This document shows positions 1 to 12,620 of a stretch of 64,000 bases of DNA, in pieces. The notes under the pieces were generated by a model, which saw only the letters and a program-made list of their open reading frames with translations, was not told the origin of the DNA and searched no databases. The first letter of the stretch is position 1. Each line of letters begins with the position of its first letter. Source of the DNA: Octopus bimaculoides (lineage: Eukaryota); NCBI RefSeq assembly GCF_001194135.2, contig NC_068992.1, forward strand, positions 453,092-517,091, read 5' to 3'. The position numbers and the translations under genes are program-made.

Positions 1-1468
1 TTTATTTATATAAAACAAATGTTTTGGGGGGTTTTGTTTAGAAGGGGAGAACAATGTTTTCGTTTTTTTGGGGGTGAGGGGGGGTGAGGTTCCACGACAA
101 TGGAAATAGGTAGATAGAAAGGTAGGTTGATAGATAGATAGATAGATAGGTAGAGAAGGGGAAAGAGAGGAGAGGGGGATCCCCCTTCCTATTCACCATT
201 CTTTTATTTATTTAGTCATTTACCATTGTATTGAAATGGGTTTAAGGATGGTGACCTCTTCAAGAAAAAAACAACATTTTGTTTTGGAGACAAGTGATAT
301 AAGTGTAATAAATCTCTCTCTGTCTGTCTCTGTCTGTCTGTCTGTCTCTCTCTACATATATATATATATGTATATATAAAATCACATTCATGCATTCACA
401 TCTGTCTGTAAAATCATAGCCAAAAAAGATGGAATGTGTTGAAGAGACATCCCCCCTACAAAACAAAAATGTTGTTAATCCATCTCAGAAGTGCTAACTC
501 TGAATACAGTACAATGACATCTGGGAATGTAACCTTAGCTGAACTAGCATCTCGTGCAGGGGGGTGATTTACCTTACCCACTTAATCCCTCAGAACCAGA
601 TTTAAACATTGTCCTTCAATATCCTCTTAAGTTTTAGAATTCCTTGAGATTGTCTATAGACATCCTCACTCTTACTGACATTCAAAGAACCAATGTACAT
701 ATTTAATCTAGTCACAGAAACATCAAAATGGTAAGGGCATGGGGTACAAAAAGACAAGCTTTCTTGCTATTCACCATGAGAATTTCTCTTGTGATTATCT
801 ACTGTAAGAATTCTATAAATATTCGAATATCTAAGCAACAGGAAACGTTGGTAAGTAATTACGTTTCTTGTTTTCTGGCTAAATCATAGATATATGTCTT
901 AGATATTTTTATATATTTTATTTCTTCCTTTCATCCTATTCCACATTTCATTTTCTTCCTCTCTCTCTCTCTCTCTTTTTCTCTCTCTCTCTCTTTCTCT
1001 CTCACTCTATCTTTTCCTCTCTCTCTCTCTTTTTCTCTCTCTCTCTCATTTTCTCTCTCTCTCTTCTTCACTCTCTCATTCTTTCTTATCTATCTCTCTA
1101 TCCCTCTCACTGCCTACAACTCTACATCTCTCACTTCGTTTCAAGTTAAATGACTTCCTCAAGCACACACTAGCTTTTTTTAATTATGTTGTGCAAAGTT
1201 TTTCTTCCTCTATAATTTAAAGAGATAAATATTTTCAAAATGATTTCAATGAGTATAATTATTAGTGGCAAAACTCAAAGCTCAGACTTATGATTTCCTC
1301 TGACTGTGATTGAAGGAGGTTCAAATTTCCTTCTGCTGGTATATTGTCTCATTCTTACTTTTTCTTCCTGAATTACTGTTGCTGGTGTCACATAAAAATC
1401 ACCCAGTACACTTTGCAAAATAGTTAGTGTTAGGAAGGATAACCTAACCACTAAGCCATGCAGCTTCA

Positions 1469-1507
<39 letters not shown>

Positions 1508-1649
1508 AGAAAAAAGGTTGCCATACCAAAGCAGAAAATGCAGTCTGGTGTGGCCCCTAGCCTTACCAGGTCCTTTCAAACTGTCCAACCAATGCTAGCA
1601 TTGAAAACAGATGTTGAATATTTGATGATGATGATTTTCAGATCAACTA

Positions 1650-2155
1650 GGCATAGGAGTGGCTGTGTGGTAAGTAGCTTGCTTACGAACCACATGGTTC
1701 CGGGTTCAATCCGACTGTGTGTCACCTCGGGCAAGTGTCTTCTACTATAGCCTTGGGCCGACCAGAGCCTTTGGAATGAGAACCCAGGTTCGAAATTTCC
1801 CCAAGAGACCTGATGAGTGGATACGTAAAAGCACCCATGCCAGTGACACATGAAAGCACCCTTGCTGGTGATATGTAAAGGCACCTGTGCCATACTAGCG
1901 ACACATAAAAGCACCTGTGCCAGTGACATGTAAAAGGCATCCATTGCACTCTTGGAGTGGTTGACATTATTATGTAGGGCATCCAGCCATAGAAACTCAG
2001 CCAAAATCAGAGTGGAACCTGGTGCAGCTCTCTGGCTTACCAGTTCCAGTCAAACTGTCATATCTGTGCCAGCCTGAAAAGCGAACATTAAATGAAGATG
2101 ACAACGATGACGATGACGACGATGATGAGGATGATGATGATGATCATGATGATGA
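1650..2155 (+). mobile_element. tRNA-headed SINE (family B-type head, body with internal AAAAGCACC tandem units, (GAT)n tail)
   Basis: Head GAGTGGCTGTGTGGTAAGTAGCTTGCTTAC...GGTTCCGGGTTCAAT has Pol III A/B-box-like motifs and is near-identical to 5428 and 51217(-). Several repeats of an AAAAGCACC-containing unit at ~1825-1940; ends in GAT repeats. Confidence 0.8.
1773..1816 (+). mobile_element. 44-bp fragment of the HHR-bearing element family inserted into a SINE; ends at CTGATGA
   Basis: GGAATGAGAACCCAGGTTCGAAATTTCCCCAAGAGACCTGATGA matches 20284, 50377 and 50201(-); it interrupts the SINE motif GCCTTG/TGAGTGGAT seen intact near 5540-5555. Confidence 0.85.
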
Positions 2156-5100
2156 TATCTATTTCCCTATATTTGAAATATTTAAATTAGATATTTTATA
2201 TGCTGCAAGGTTTACAATTGCTTTTACCAACACATGCTCTTCCTACACCTAACCAGGCAAACTGTAAAATAGAAGCAGTGCCTTATTTTTGACTTTCACA
2301 GGCAAAAACTATATGAGACAGAATCGAGTCATATTCTTTACACAGAAGTACAACACAAAGACCATAGCAAGATCTGAGATTGTGAAGATATTTATAGAAA
2401 TTATTAAAATGATGGTCTTCTGCATAAATCTAAAACATCAGGTTTGTTGAAGAGTAAAATAAGAAAATATGAGGCATTAAAGGTGAGAGAGCTAAGAAAT
2501 AAGGTCATGCGAGGTCATTTGCTAATGAGACATTGAGGGTCTTGGAAGATGTAGTCCTTTGGGAAAATGGAAGGAAAGAAGAGACTCATCACTTGCTAAA
2601 ATAAGATGATTAGGAAAGGAGAGACTGCAATGAAATACTGGCTCAGTGAAAGCTGTCTCTTTTTTTTTTTTTCTTTTTTTTTACCTGAAAACTACTTGTT
2701 ACTTAACAACTTGCTGCAAGTTCTTATCGCAGAACATAAAGTTGTTGTCATTTTCTTTGAATTGCATCGTTAACCTGATGGCCATTCCATTCCTAACATC
2801 TCTCTTCAAGCCACCACCATCACCACCACCAACTAATGGTGATTATGGTGCTTGTGATTTCTATGCTCCCACATGTTGGACGGACATGCAGTACAACATG
2901 TTCCAATTCCTCACAGTTCTGCATTATCTAAACATGAGATTTTATCTTACCTCTTCTATCAAAATTATATTTTTTAGTATCGTATAATATAGATTGTAAC
3001 ATTAAATAATATAGATTATTCATAGCATTAAATAATATAGATTATTGCAAAAAAAAAATGTATAGATTATCGCATGAAATGATATAAGTTTTTGACTTAG
3101 ACATAAGCAATATCAGAGAAATGTTTCAAACAAAGAATGTGAACACGATGGTTAAAATAACTTTTATTCATTGAAACATGCCAACTCTATATTATCCAGT
3201 CTGAAATCTGTTCAATATATTTTTTTTCTCTGTTGTATGGAAGCAGAACACCCCTATTTGGCTATTTGGTTGGCTCCTAATGGACTGTGCCACAATATAA
3301 CTGGACATGTGCAGAGAGTGTGGGGTAGGGTCAGTGGGCTGTGTAAAGCCAAGAGTTGTGTATTGTCCAGTGTAATTACAAGTATTGTGTCTTGAGTAGA
3401 ATGATTTGTAAGGACATTATTTATTATCCTGTTATCTTTGATACTTAATCATTTTGATTATGTATCAAAGACCTACTAATTCCTTTTAATCCTGTCACCT
3501 GATTTTAGGTGTCTTTAATCCTTTAGCATTTAGATTACTCTGTCAAATGTAATACTTATTTATTCACATTGTTTTGAATTAATCATGCATTTTCTCGTAG
3601 CTTCGAGATTTAAATGATGTGACTGTGTATTTTTAAAATGACATTGTAGGATAGGTGTAAGAGGCCAGATCTTGACAGTTTGAACATAAAACAATATTTG
3701 GGCTGGATATAGCTGGTGTTAATGGAGGAAACACTTTGACAAGCATTCAGAACGTATTTCTGACAAGAGGATGACTCACTATCTCGGTACTTTGCCACTT
3801 ATTGCAGTAATGGATGAGTTCTACCCCTCCCCCTCCCCCTCCATGAATGTTCTGCAAAAGCCATGAGCACTACACTGCCATTTTACTTTCTAAGCTATAA
3901 AAATATAGCTATGTTAGCTGACCACGTGCCGTCAATAATGATGACTAATTGTGGCATTTTATTTATAAATAAGGTGCAAAATAAGTTACATAATAATCAC
4001 ACATACAAACATTCACATACTTCCGTTATATACACACACACACACACACATACACACATATACTCACACAGAGTTGAAATGCTGATTTTTTCACCCCTTC
4101 CTTCCTTAATTGTCTATCACCCCTCCCTTTCTCTCATTGCTGTTACTTCCTCTCACTCCCTCTCAGTCAGGGCTATTATTCTCACCTCCTCTCCTTCACT
4201 GAATTATTATTTTCTCTCCTCCTCTGCGTCCGGCGTGATTCTGGACAAATGTATATATATATATATATCAAATATATAAAAATACCATGCTCATTATTAT
4301 ATTAGGAGATATTATATCTTAAAATATATTCATGGTAAGTATGCTTTCATAATTTCAGCTTTTTCAATTAAAAATTTGGTCAACTTGGTTAAAGATTCAA
4401 GATTTAGTTGATGAATTTGATGGTTCTTTCTGATATCCATGCACCATATTCCTGCTTTCAGATATATAATAGCTATAAAACTCTGGTTATATTTTCTGAT
4501 AAAATATTGAAAGCATTTGACATATATATTTGAAAAAATATTATTTTGATGAAAAGATATTTTTAAGTGTAGCTGCCCTGTAAATAAGGGAAATAGTGAA
4601 TGCGAAAATGTAAACATTAATAAAGTCACGAAACCAAAAGAGAAACGTGGAAAGAAGCAACGTTTTTATGGTGAAAATGTCTTTCATATTTACCCTTAAG
4701 ATAGATGTATAGTTTAAGAAAATTCTAATGTTCATAGTCTTGGCTAATCAGAACATTTAACTTGAATGTTGAGGTCTGCCCCTGAAGTAATTTTAATGCT
4801 AGAAACCCCACAGATAGAGAAAAAAAATCTCTTTTGTAAATATTAAAGTAGGTAAAGAAAATTTTTTTTAAAAATGTACTTTAACATTCAATTTGAGAGA
4901 AAAAAGAAAATAACTTAATTATGTTTTAGTTTTAGAATATGAAAAAAGGAAATTTGCAAGTACTTTCAGGTAAAAGATGACACAAAGGTTGAAAGATAGC
5001 ATATTTNNNNNNNNNNNNNNNNNNNNNNNNNNNNNNNNNNNNNNNNNNNNNNNNNNNNNNNNNNNNNNNNNNNNNNNNNNNNNNNNNNNNNNNNNNNNNN

Positions 5101-5427
5101 NNNNNNNNNNNNNNNNNNNNNNNNNNNNNNNNNNNNNNNNNNNNNNNNNNNNNNNNNNNNNNNNNNNNNNNNNNNNNNNNNNNNNNNNNNNNNNNNNNNN
5201 NNNNNNNNNNNNNNNNNNNNNNNNNNNNNNNNNNNNNNNNNNNNNNNNNNNNNNNNNNNNNNNNNNNNNNNNNNNNNNNNNNNNNNNNNNNNNNNNNNNN
5301 NNNNNNNNNNNNNNNNNNNNNNNNNNNNNNNNNNNNNNNGAAAAATTACGTACAATTACGAAAATAATTAACTCTAAGAGAAAAAGAACATAGGGAGAAA
5401 AATAAATAAGAAAATTAGAAAATTAGT

Positions 5428-5587
5428 AGTAGTGGCTGTGTGGTAAGTAGCTTGCTTACCGACCACATGGTTCCGGGTCCAGTCTCACTGTGTGGCACCT
5501 TGGGCAAGTATCTTCTACTATAGCCTCGGGCCGACCAAAGCCTTGTGAGTGGATTTAGTAGACAGAAACTGAAAGAAGCTCGTTGTA

Positions 5588-5659
<72 letters not shown>

Positions 5660-5848
5660 TCCCCCCACCATCGCTTGACAACCAGTGCTGGTGTGCTTAC
5701 GTCCCTGTAACTTAGCGGTTCTGCAAAAGTAACTAATAGAATAAGTACTAGGCTTACAACGAATAAATCCTGGGGTCGATTTGCTCGAATAAAGGCGGTG
5801 CTCCAGCATGGCTGCAGTCAAATGACTGAAATGAATAAAAGAATAAAG
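5428..5848 (+). mobile_element. tRNA-headed SINE, family B, near full length with internal (TA)n(TG)n
   Basis: Colinear high similarity to the minus-strand copy at 50818-51217; A/B-box-like head. Confidence 0.85.
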
Positions 5849-6668
5849 TGAGTCTTTTTACTTAAGTGATAAAGAACACACAGACTGGGAACAAGTGTAC
5901 ATAGAGATAATATCTGGCAGAAGCTTATATGAAGAGTAAATGATTTCGATGTTGGCTGTTAAACGAAATGAAGAGAGAGAGAGAGAGGTAGAGGGAAAGA
6001 TGAAAGGAGTTGTATTGATTCTAATTTCAAAAAGGAGAAACAGGATGCTATCCATCACTTTTACTCTCTTCCTATCATCCATCTTTATTACTCTTCCATC
6101 TCATCAGATATTGTTTCTGTATACAATTTCCTTACCAACCAACAAGTAGCTGTCAATGTGCCTCTTGCAGAACTCCCTTCTCCACCATTCTCTTGTTTGT
6201 TTTTTTCTCTTTTTTCTGTCCTCACACCCTCACTTCTGTTAATTCTCATAATCATGTTTGTCTTTTGAACAGTCAACATAAGGGAGAGGGAACTCTTTAA
6301 TCTAACTGAGAGACATGATGACCTCTCTAGGGCTGGAGTTACAATAAAATGCCTTGATACATTCTGAGTTGTTGGTGTTTAGAAGAGACAATCCAGTTGC
6401 AGAAACTGTCAAGGCTGGAATATAAGATGAGTTGAAAAAGAAATGAGTGAGACCATTACAGTCTAGCTTATCCATACCAACATGGAAAGCAAACATAAAA
6501 TGGTGATGTGGATGGTGATGGTGGTGGTGGTGGTGGTGGTGGTAGAGCTGGTGCATATGGAAAGAGAAAAGGAGGAAGAGAAGGAGAGATCAATAAACGA
6601 AAATTGTTATCATAAAATGCTGATTGGTTTGTGGTAAACTTATATTCTTTTTTTTTTTGTTGTTGCAG

Positions 6669-7194
6669 AGGAACTCATTCATCAAGGTTTGCGCGTTGTT
6701 TTACTTCACATCCACGGGAAATGAAACTTCATCCAAGTGAGGCTTTTACTCTAGCTGCTGGCAGTGTTCATGAACTCAACGTCACAGTCAGACCTGAGTC
6801 TGCAGGTTCAAAATACTTCTACATTAACATGGTGGATGTTGATTATCACCAGTTACTGCGTAGCTGGCTTATATGCATCAAAACTCAAACCCCAGTTATT
6901 TCAGGAACATTCGAGATTAAGTTGCCAGTTGGCGGAGGTTATGGCTGTAACAAAAAAATTTCCTATCGAAATCCTTACGGCAAAAGTAAACTGTTCAGTC
7001 TTCACACGAACCGGGATGATCTTCTACAGTTTAAAGAGAACCAGTTGGATATCCCCGGTGGTGAGTCCCTTGATATTGGTCTTCGTTTTGCTCCTGTATT
7101 GCAGCAGGGCTCTGTGGACATCCTTGTTTTTATTGATGATGAGCAAGGAAAAAATGAAGAAACCTTTTGTATCAAAGCCAATTACATGACTTAA
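6669..7194 (+). CDS. NPHP4: Nephrocystin-4 (NPHP4), terminal coding exon (C-terminal ~175 aa); gene is partial in this window
   Basis: Translation (R)GTHSSRFARCFTSHPREMKLHP...YINMVDVDYHQLLRSWLIC...ISGTFEIKL...NKKISYRNPY...LLQFKE...IGLRFAP...DILVFIDDEQGKNEETFCIKANYMT* matches the NPHP4 C-terminus as I recall it (human RGTQ...FTSHPQE...NLVDVDCHQLVASWLVC...NKRITYTNPY...IGLQFAP...[24 protein letters not shown]). Strong polypyrimidine tract plus CAG acceptor ends at 6668; stop TAA at 7192-7194. The ORF-track start at 6631 is intronic. No upstream exon recognised in 1-6668. Confidence 0.93.
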
Positions 7195-8035
7195 AAACAC
7201 ACCTGGATTTTTTTTAAAAATCAAGTCAAATAACAATGATGATGATAATAATAATAATAATAATAATGATAACAACCATGATTTCATATTGCTACAATGG
7301 CGGTTATTGTTGACTGTGCCAATCCTAATACCTGATTCATTTCATTAATCCTGGAAGAATGTCAATGCTAACAAAATTTAAACTTAAAACTAAGTACGAC
7401 AACGTATTTTGTCAGGCTTTTTACCAATTCTATTAATGCTGTGCAAGAATACCAGGAGAAAGAATACAAATATTTTTAGAACTTCCTGCTGCTTGATTCT
7501 TACTCCACTGTTCAGTTGTCTCTCCCTCTACACACATCCCCACACATTTTCATGTGCACACACACACACACACACACTCACACAATTTTTCTCTTCATTT
7601 TATACATACAAACAATGAATTATTTACTGCAGTTTTAAAGGTGCAAAAAGATATGATCAACATTAAAATGCTATATATATATATATATATATATATNNNN
7701 NNNNNNNNNNNNNNNNNNNNNNNNNNNNNNNNNNNNNNNNNNNNNNNNNNNNNNNNNNNNNNNNNNNNNNNNNNNNNNNNNNNNNNNNNNNNNNNNNNNN
7801 NNNNNNNNNNNNNNNNNNNNNNNNNNNNNNNNNNNNNNNNNNNNNNNNNNNNNNNNNNNNNNNNNNNNNNNNNNNNNNNNNNNNNNNNNNNNNNNNNNNN
7901 NNNNNNNNNNNNNNNNNNNNNNNNNNNNNNNNNNNNNNNNNNNNNNNNNNNNNNNNNNNNNNNNNNNNNNNNNNNNNNNNNNNNNNNNNNNNNNNNNNNN
8001 NNNNNNNNNNNNNNNNNNNNNNNNNNNNNNNNNNN

Positions 8036-8082
<47 letters not shown>

Positions 8083-8830
8083 TATGAATATATATATATA
8101 TATATATATATGCACATACATACACTTTTCGACTGTAGCAATATGTAACTAAAACCAATGATCAGTAAAGGAAGAACAGTAAAATAAGTTAAAGAAACAA
8201 ACAAACAAAAAAGAAAAGCATGATGTGTTAAAAGTATATATTTTGAAGTTTTTTTTCTATGTAGATGAATAAGTGTGTATTTGTGTGCCAAGTGGCCACT
8301 CAGGATATCATGTTGATTTATGTCTTTCTCACAAATCATTAGTTTTTAACATTCAGAATCAAAAAAAACAAAACAAAAGAAAGACTCATAGCAAGGCTGA
8401 TATTCATGCAGTCTTTATTCAACCTGTAAATTATGAAATATAAATGTAACCTTTCAAGACCCTGTTCTTATAACATTTTTTTCCATAACAGTAATTGTTT
8501 TCAGCTATGTGAAAAATACACGTAGCCCACCTCTAGCAGGGAGGGGGGAAAAAGAACTAGAGAAGAACAAAGCGAATGACGAAAAAAGAAAAACAAAAAA
8601 CAAAGAAACTGGAGACAAAAACATTAAAGATTTATTTATGTCTATTCTTATTTTGATAGTAAGAAAAATAGCTAAAATAATATCTAAAACAAAAGACATT
8701 TTGTTTGGAAAAAATTAAAGAAAAAATTGGGGAGCACTAGAAAGGGCTGTTGATGTAAAAGCAAGGAAAAGATGTTAGGAAACAAAAAAAGAAGCAAAAT
8801 GAAATTATGAAATATGCAAAGCGTGCGTGC

Positions 8831-8866
<36 letters not shown>

Positions 8867-9320
8867 CAGGGTATATATTGCTGTTGAAAAATGAAGGAGA
8901 GAGTTTCTTGGATCAGTTGTTCCTACAATTAAATACTTCTGTCCTCTAACCACTCAACCAAAGACCTAGAGTAGAACCCAATTTGTTAACCAGGCAGACT
9001 GAGCCAAAGAAAATAATGACTTTCTGGTTTTCACATATGCTTTTGTAATTATATTTAAATAAACATGATAGATCCAGAAGTAACATGATTATGAAAAAAG
9101 GACATAAAAGCAACTACAAAAAACAAAGCAAACTGCATTTTAAGATATTTCTGATTGCTCAGATAACAAAGTGACATATTGAAAGATTGACTGTCTTTTT
9201 TTTTGTCTTATTGCTGTTAATTTCGAACCTCATTGGAATCGGTTATACTTACTCATTCAGGAAGAGGTTTATCAAGATGTGGTTTATAATTACATAAGTA
9301 TCTGTAAATCTATTTGGAAA

Positions 9321-9560
9321 GTGTGTGGCCAAGTGGTAAGGCTATTGCACTCATGATCGCATGATCATGGTTTCAATTCCTGAACCATGCAGCACTTTGT
9401 GTTCTTGAGCAAAAAACTTAATTTCAAGCTGTAAATGAGTAACCATGTGACACACTGGCATCCCTTTCATGGAGAATGTTGTGATCTCAGTCACTGATAT
9501 CTCTATGGAAACTGAGTCACTGGTCTCCTGAGTCTCACAGGCTTGAGACACTAATGTCCA
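9321..9560 (+). mobile_element. tRNA-headed SINE-like element (separate family); 3' end approximate
   Basis: A-box-like TGGCCAAGTGGTAAG and B-box-like GGTTTCAATTCC at tRNA spacing; single copy in window. Confidence 0.5.
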
Positions 9561-10269
9561 AATCTGTTCACTAGAAATCCTTTTGAGAAAAATTTTGCTG
9601 CTGAGTTTAAATTCCGTCCAAAATTGAAATTGTTCCAAAGACTTATTTTTAATCGGTGTAAAATATGATGTACCTAAAGAAGTTAATTAATTAGTTGATT
9701 TTACTCCCAAATGTTTATGACCCCAAACAAATCCATGAACATTACAAATTCCCATTTTATTTCCCTTAAAAATATTCACATTTGTACCCAATGAAAAGAA
9801 CACAAACATTTCGTCTTAAGGAATGGAAAATATTTAAAAATAGGAATTGTTTTGTAAATAAAATATTTCATCAACAAAATAATATTTTTTTAAAATAAAT
9901 TTTATTTAGAGAATATATAACTATATTTTCTATTTGATCTCAGAGAGAAAGCGAAATAAAATAAATTAATGAGACTATGTTGTCTGTTATTCTTTCTTAT
10001 CTTTCTTATAAGCTTTTCTTAATGACCAGGTTTCTTGTACCACCTATATTAAATTTTTCGTATCCATGATTTTTCTTATAACTTCTTCAGTTTGTAAAAT
10101 CACATGATTTTATTTACAAACACATACACACACAATTTACATATATATCTGAATGATATAATGGTATCTATTTATCTGAATGTATATTTGTGTGTGTGAG
10201 TGTAATATTTAATCTCTATTTATAATAAATATGGATTAAATATATTATTCACTCTCAAACTTATTTTTC

Positions 10270-10780
10270 AGTATATTATTCCAAGTGGCTGAATATAGCT
10301 TCTTTTGAACATGTCACTCCCTGGAATATTTTCTCACAAACACGTAACATGGCTGGAAGACAGGAGTCATCAGATCCCTGTTGTACTGTGGATGAGGGAC
10401 TACTGACCAGTCTAATATCTATATTTCTTGCTAAAGATCTGTGTGTGTTTTCCTCTTCCTCTCAGTGGCTCGCAGATTACGGTACAGCCATGTTCCAGAG
10501 AATCAAAGAGAACAATACTCTTGCCATCTGAAATAACAAATAACTCGAATTTTTGTGCCGGTCACTTGCTTTGAACTTCTTAGGCCTTAGCGAAGAGGTG
10601 TGACATCATTTCATGGACTGAGCATTCATTTCTGGATCATAGAGATACAGCTATGTCTCATCCTCTTCATTAGATTCTAGAAAAAAAATGTGCCTCCATT
10701 GGCTTCAAGCATTTCTAGCAGAGCAGAGTAGACGTCCACACTTCTCTTCTTAAAATCGGGTGTCAACCCTGTATTAATGA
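10270..10780 (-). pseudogene. Degenerate mariner transposase fragment
   Basis: Minus-strand translation gives YDPEMNAQSMK*CHTSSLRPKKFKA (mariner YDPE..QS..W.H.SSPRPKKFK) and PHPQYNRDL (PHPPYSPDL motif), with stops and frameshifts. Ends approximate. Confidence 0.7.
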
Positions 10781-12525
10781 TTGTATTAATGGATGATGTA
10801 GATTGAGACGGCTATCAGATGTGAAGATGAAGCAATCATCAGGTAAATGTTAGTTTTGGAGTCGGTATTTCAAAGGAATTCTAAGAAAAACAAAAGAATA
10901 ACAGAAATAAATTTATCATAAAATTAGTCTAGTCTGTGGCTTCAAGTCTTGCCTTATGACTTATTCAAAGTATTGTGAAAAAAAATTCTTTCTGATATTT
11001 ATGTAAAGAGAAAATGAAATGCTTCATTATAAGGAAATGGTGTTAAGGTGGTCAATTATAGCTGTAGCATGAGTTCTGTTAGTAAGAGAAAAAAGGTCTT
11101 TTATTATTTTGGAGTAAAATACTGATAAATAAACGTTGTGGTTTGTGAAGTGGAGACGAATGGGTAAAGAATGAAGTTTGAGAGCAAGGGGACGGTCAGG
11201 GAACGGCTAAGTTAAGTAGTGGAAATGGAAGTGTATTATTTTTTATTGAATTCATTTTACTCAAGAAGAAACATTTAGGAAGTCGATAGTTTGTAATGTC
11301 TTCCTTTAGGCATTCGACAACTTTTCACCAACCTTTAACGTTATTACTCAGAATTGCTCTACAAAATAATGAAAGACATTTCTTTCTTTTTCTAACTAAT
11401 AAAAATACCCTCACAGTTGTAACTTAACAACTTGTAACGAAACTTTTTATTTTCTTTCAAAATGAGAGTTAGGAAGAAAAATGTTCACTATTACTTGAAA
11501 ATGTCATCAGGCGAATCAAAATTATGCATATTATATTTCCCTACCTACCTACCTATCTACATAAACACACACAGACGTACACGCACGCGTGCACACACAC
11601 ACACACACATAGTTTAAATTTACAGGAAACAAAATTCGAAGACAGGTGAAGGAACAACAAGCAGGTGCATTAATTTGACGCTCGGAAAAAAGTCAAGATA
11701 GAAAATGCTAAAATAATTTTAAAAAAAATATCTCAGTACCAGTTTCAGTCATTGAAACTTTTTCAACTGTAAGTATGGAAAACAATTAAATTTTGGAAAA
11801 ATGAAATGAAATGTACTTTAAAAGAATATTTGCATAATATTCAAATACAAGGGGCATTTTCCTTGATTCTGCCTTTTTCTGTCTCTCTTGTTTACTCTTG
11901 TGGGTTATATATATATACATACANNNNNNNNNNNNNNNNNNNNNNNNNNNNNNNNNNNNNNNNNNNNNNNNNNNNNNNNNNNNNNNNNNNNNNNNNNNNN
12001 NNNNNNNNNNNNNNNNNNNNNNNNNNNNNNNNNNNNNNNNNNNNNNNNNNNNNNNNNNNNNNNNNNNNNNNNNNNNNNATATATATATATATATATATGT
12101 ACATATATATACATACATATACATGTATTTATATATATATACATACACACATATATATACCTATATATACATATATCTGTAAAAATATGTAACACTTATT
12201 CAATAGCCATGATAAAACTCCGAGTTTCGGATGCCAGGGTGNNNNNNNNNNNNNNNNNNNNNNNNNNNNNNNNNNNNNNNNNNNNNNNNNNNNNNNNNNN
12301 NNNNNNNNNNNNNNNNNNNNNNNNNNNNNNNNNNNNNNNNNACCCATCTGTGTTTTCGATCCTTCGTGATCATAATAAAAATATTCAGAGAACACAATTG
12401 AAAAAATTAAGAAAAAAAAGGAAAAAGAAGAATGAGGAAAAGGAAAAAAAAAAAACAAAAACAAAACAATTCACCACCTTGGGTTGAAAAGTTGGGGGTG
12501 CTGGGAAACCTTTGTAATGGCTATT

Positions 12526-12620
12526 GAAACACATCAGCACGGTTGCAGCGTTGCCACGGGTGATGGCGAGGCTGATGCGTTGGAACAGTGAACTTTCATT
12601 ACGGTGAATTGATAGCGTTG
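12526..12620 (-). pseudogene. C-terminal remnant of a CRE-like (restriction-like endonuclease) non-LTR retrotransposon
   Basis: Minus strand reads HRNESSLFQRISLAITRGNAATVLMCF, matching the LFQR.S.A.QRGNA..V motif at the end of CRE-clade ORFs. Confidence 0.65.

Noticed and set aside
760-856. Candidate upstream NPHP4 exon (LVIIY motif with GTAAG donors at ~804 and 851)
   Set aside because: Only a 4-residue resemblance to NPHP4; surrounding residues do not match and no good acceptor is present.
6764-7287. Overlapping ORFs 6764-7189 (+) and 7024-7287 (-)
   Set aside because: Alternative-frame and antisense shadows of the NPHP4 exon, with no recognisable protein features.
10320-10380. CUGAUGA ... 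GAGAAAAU on minus strand
   Set aside because: Helix II consumes the G needed for GAAA, and the sequence is explained as mariner coding remnant.
12205-12241. Half hammerhead-like motif on minus strand (GGCAUCC GAAAC UCGGAG)
   Set aside because: The CUGANGA half would fall in the N gap 12242-12341, so it cannot be evaluated.
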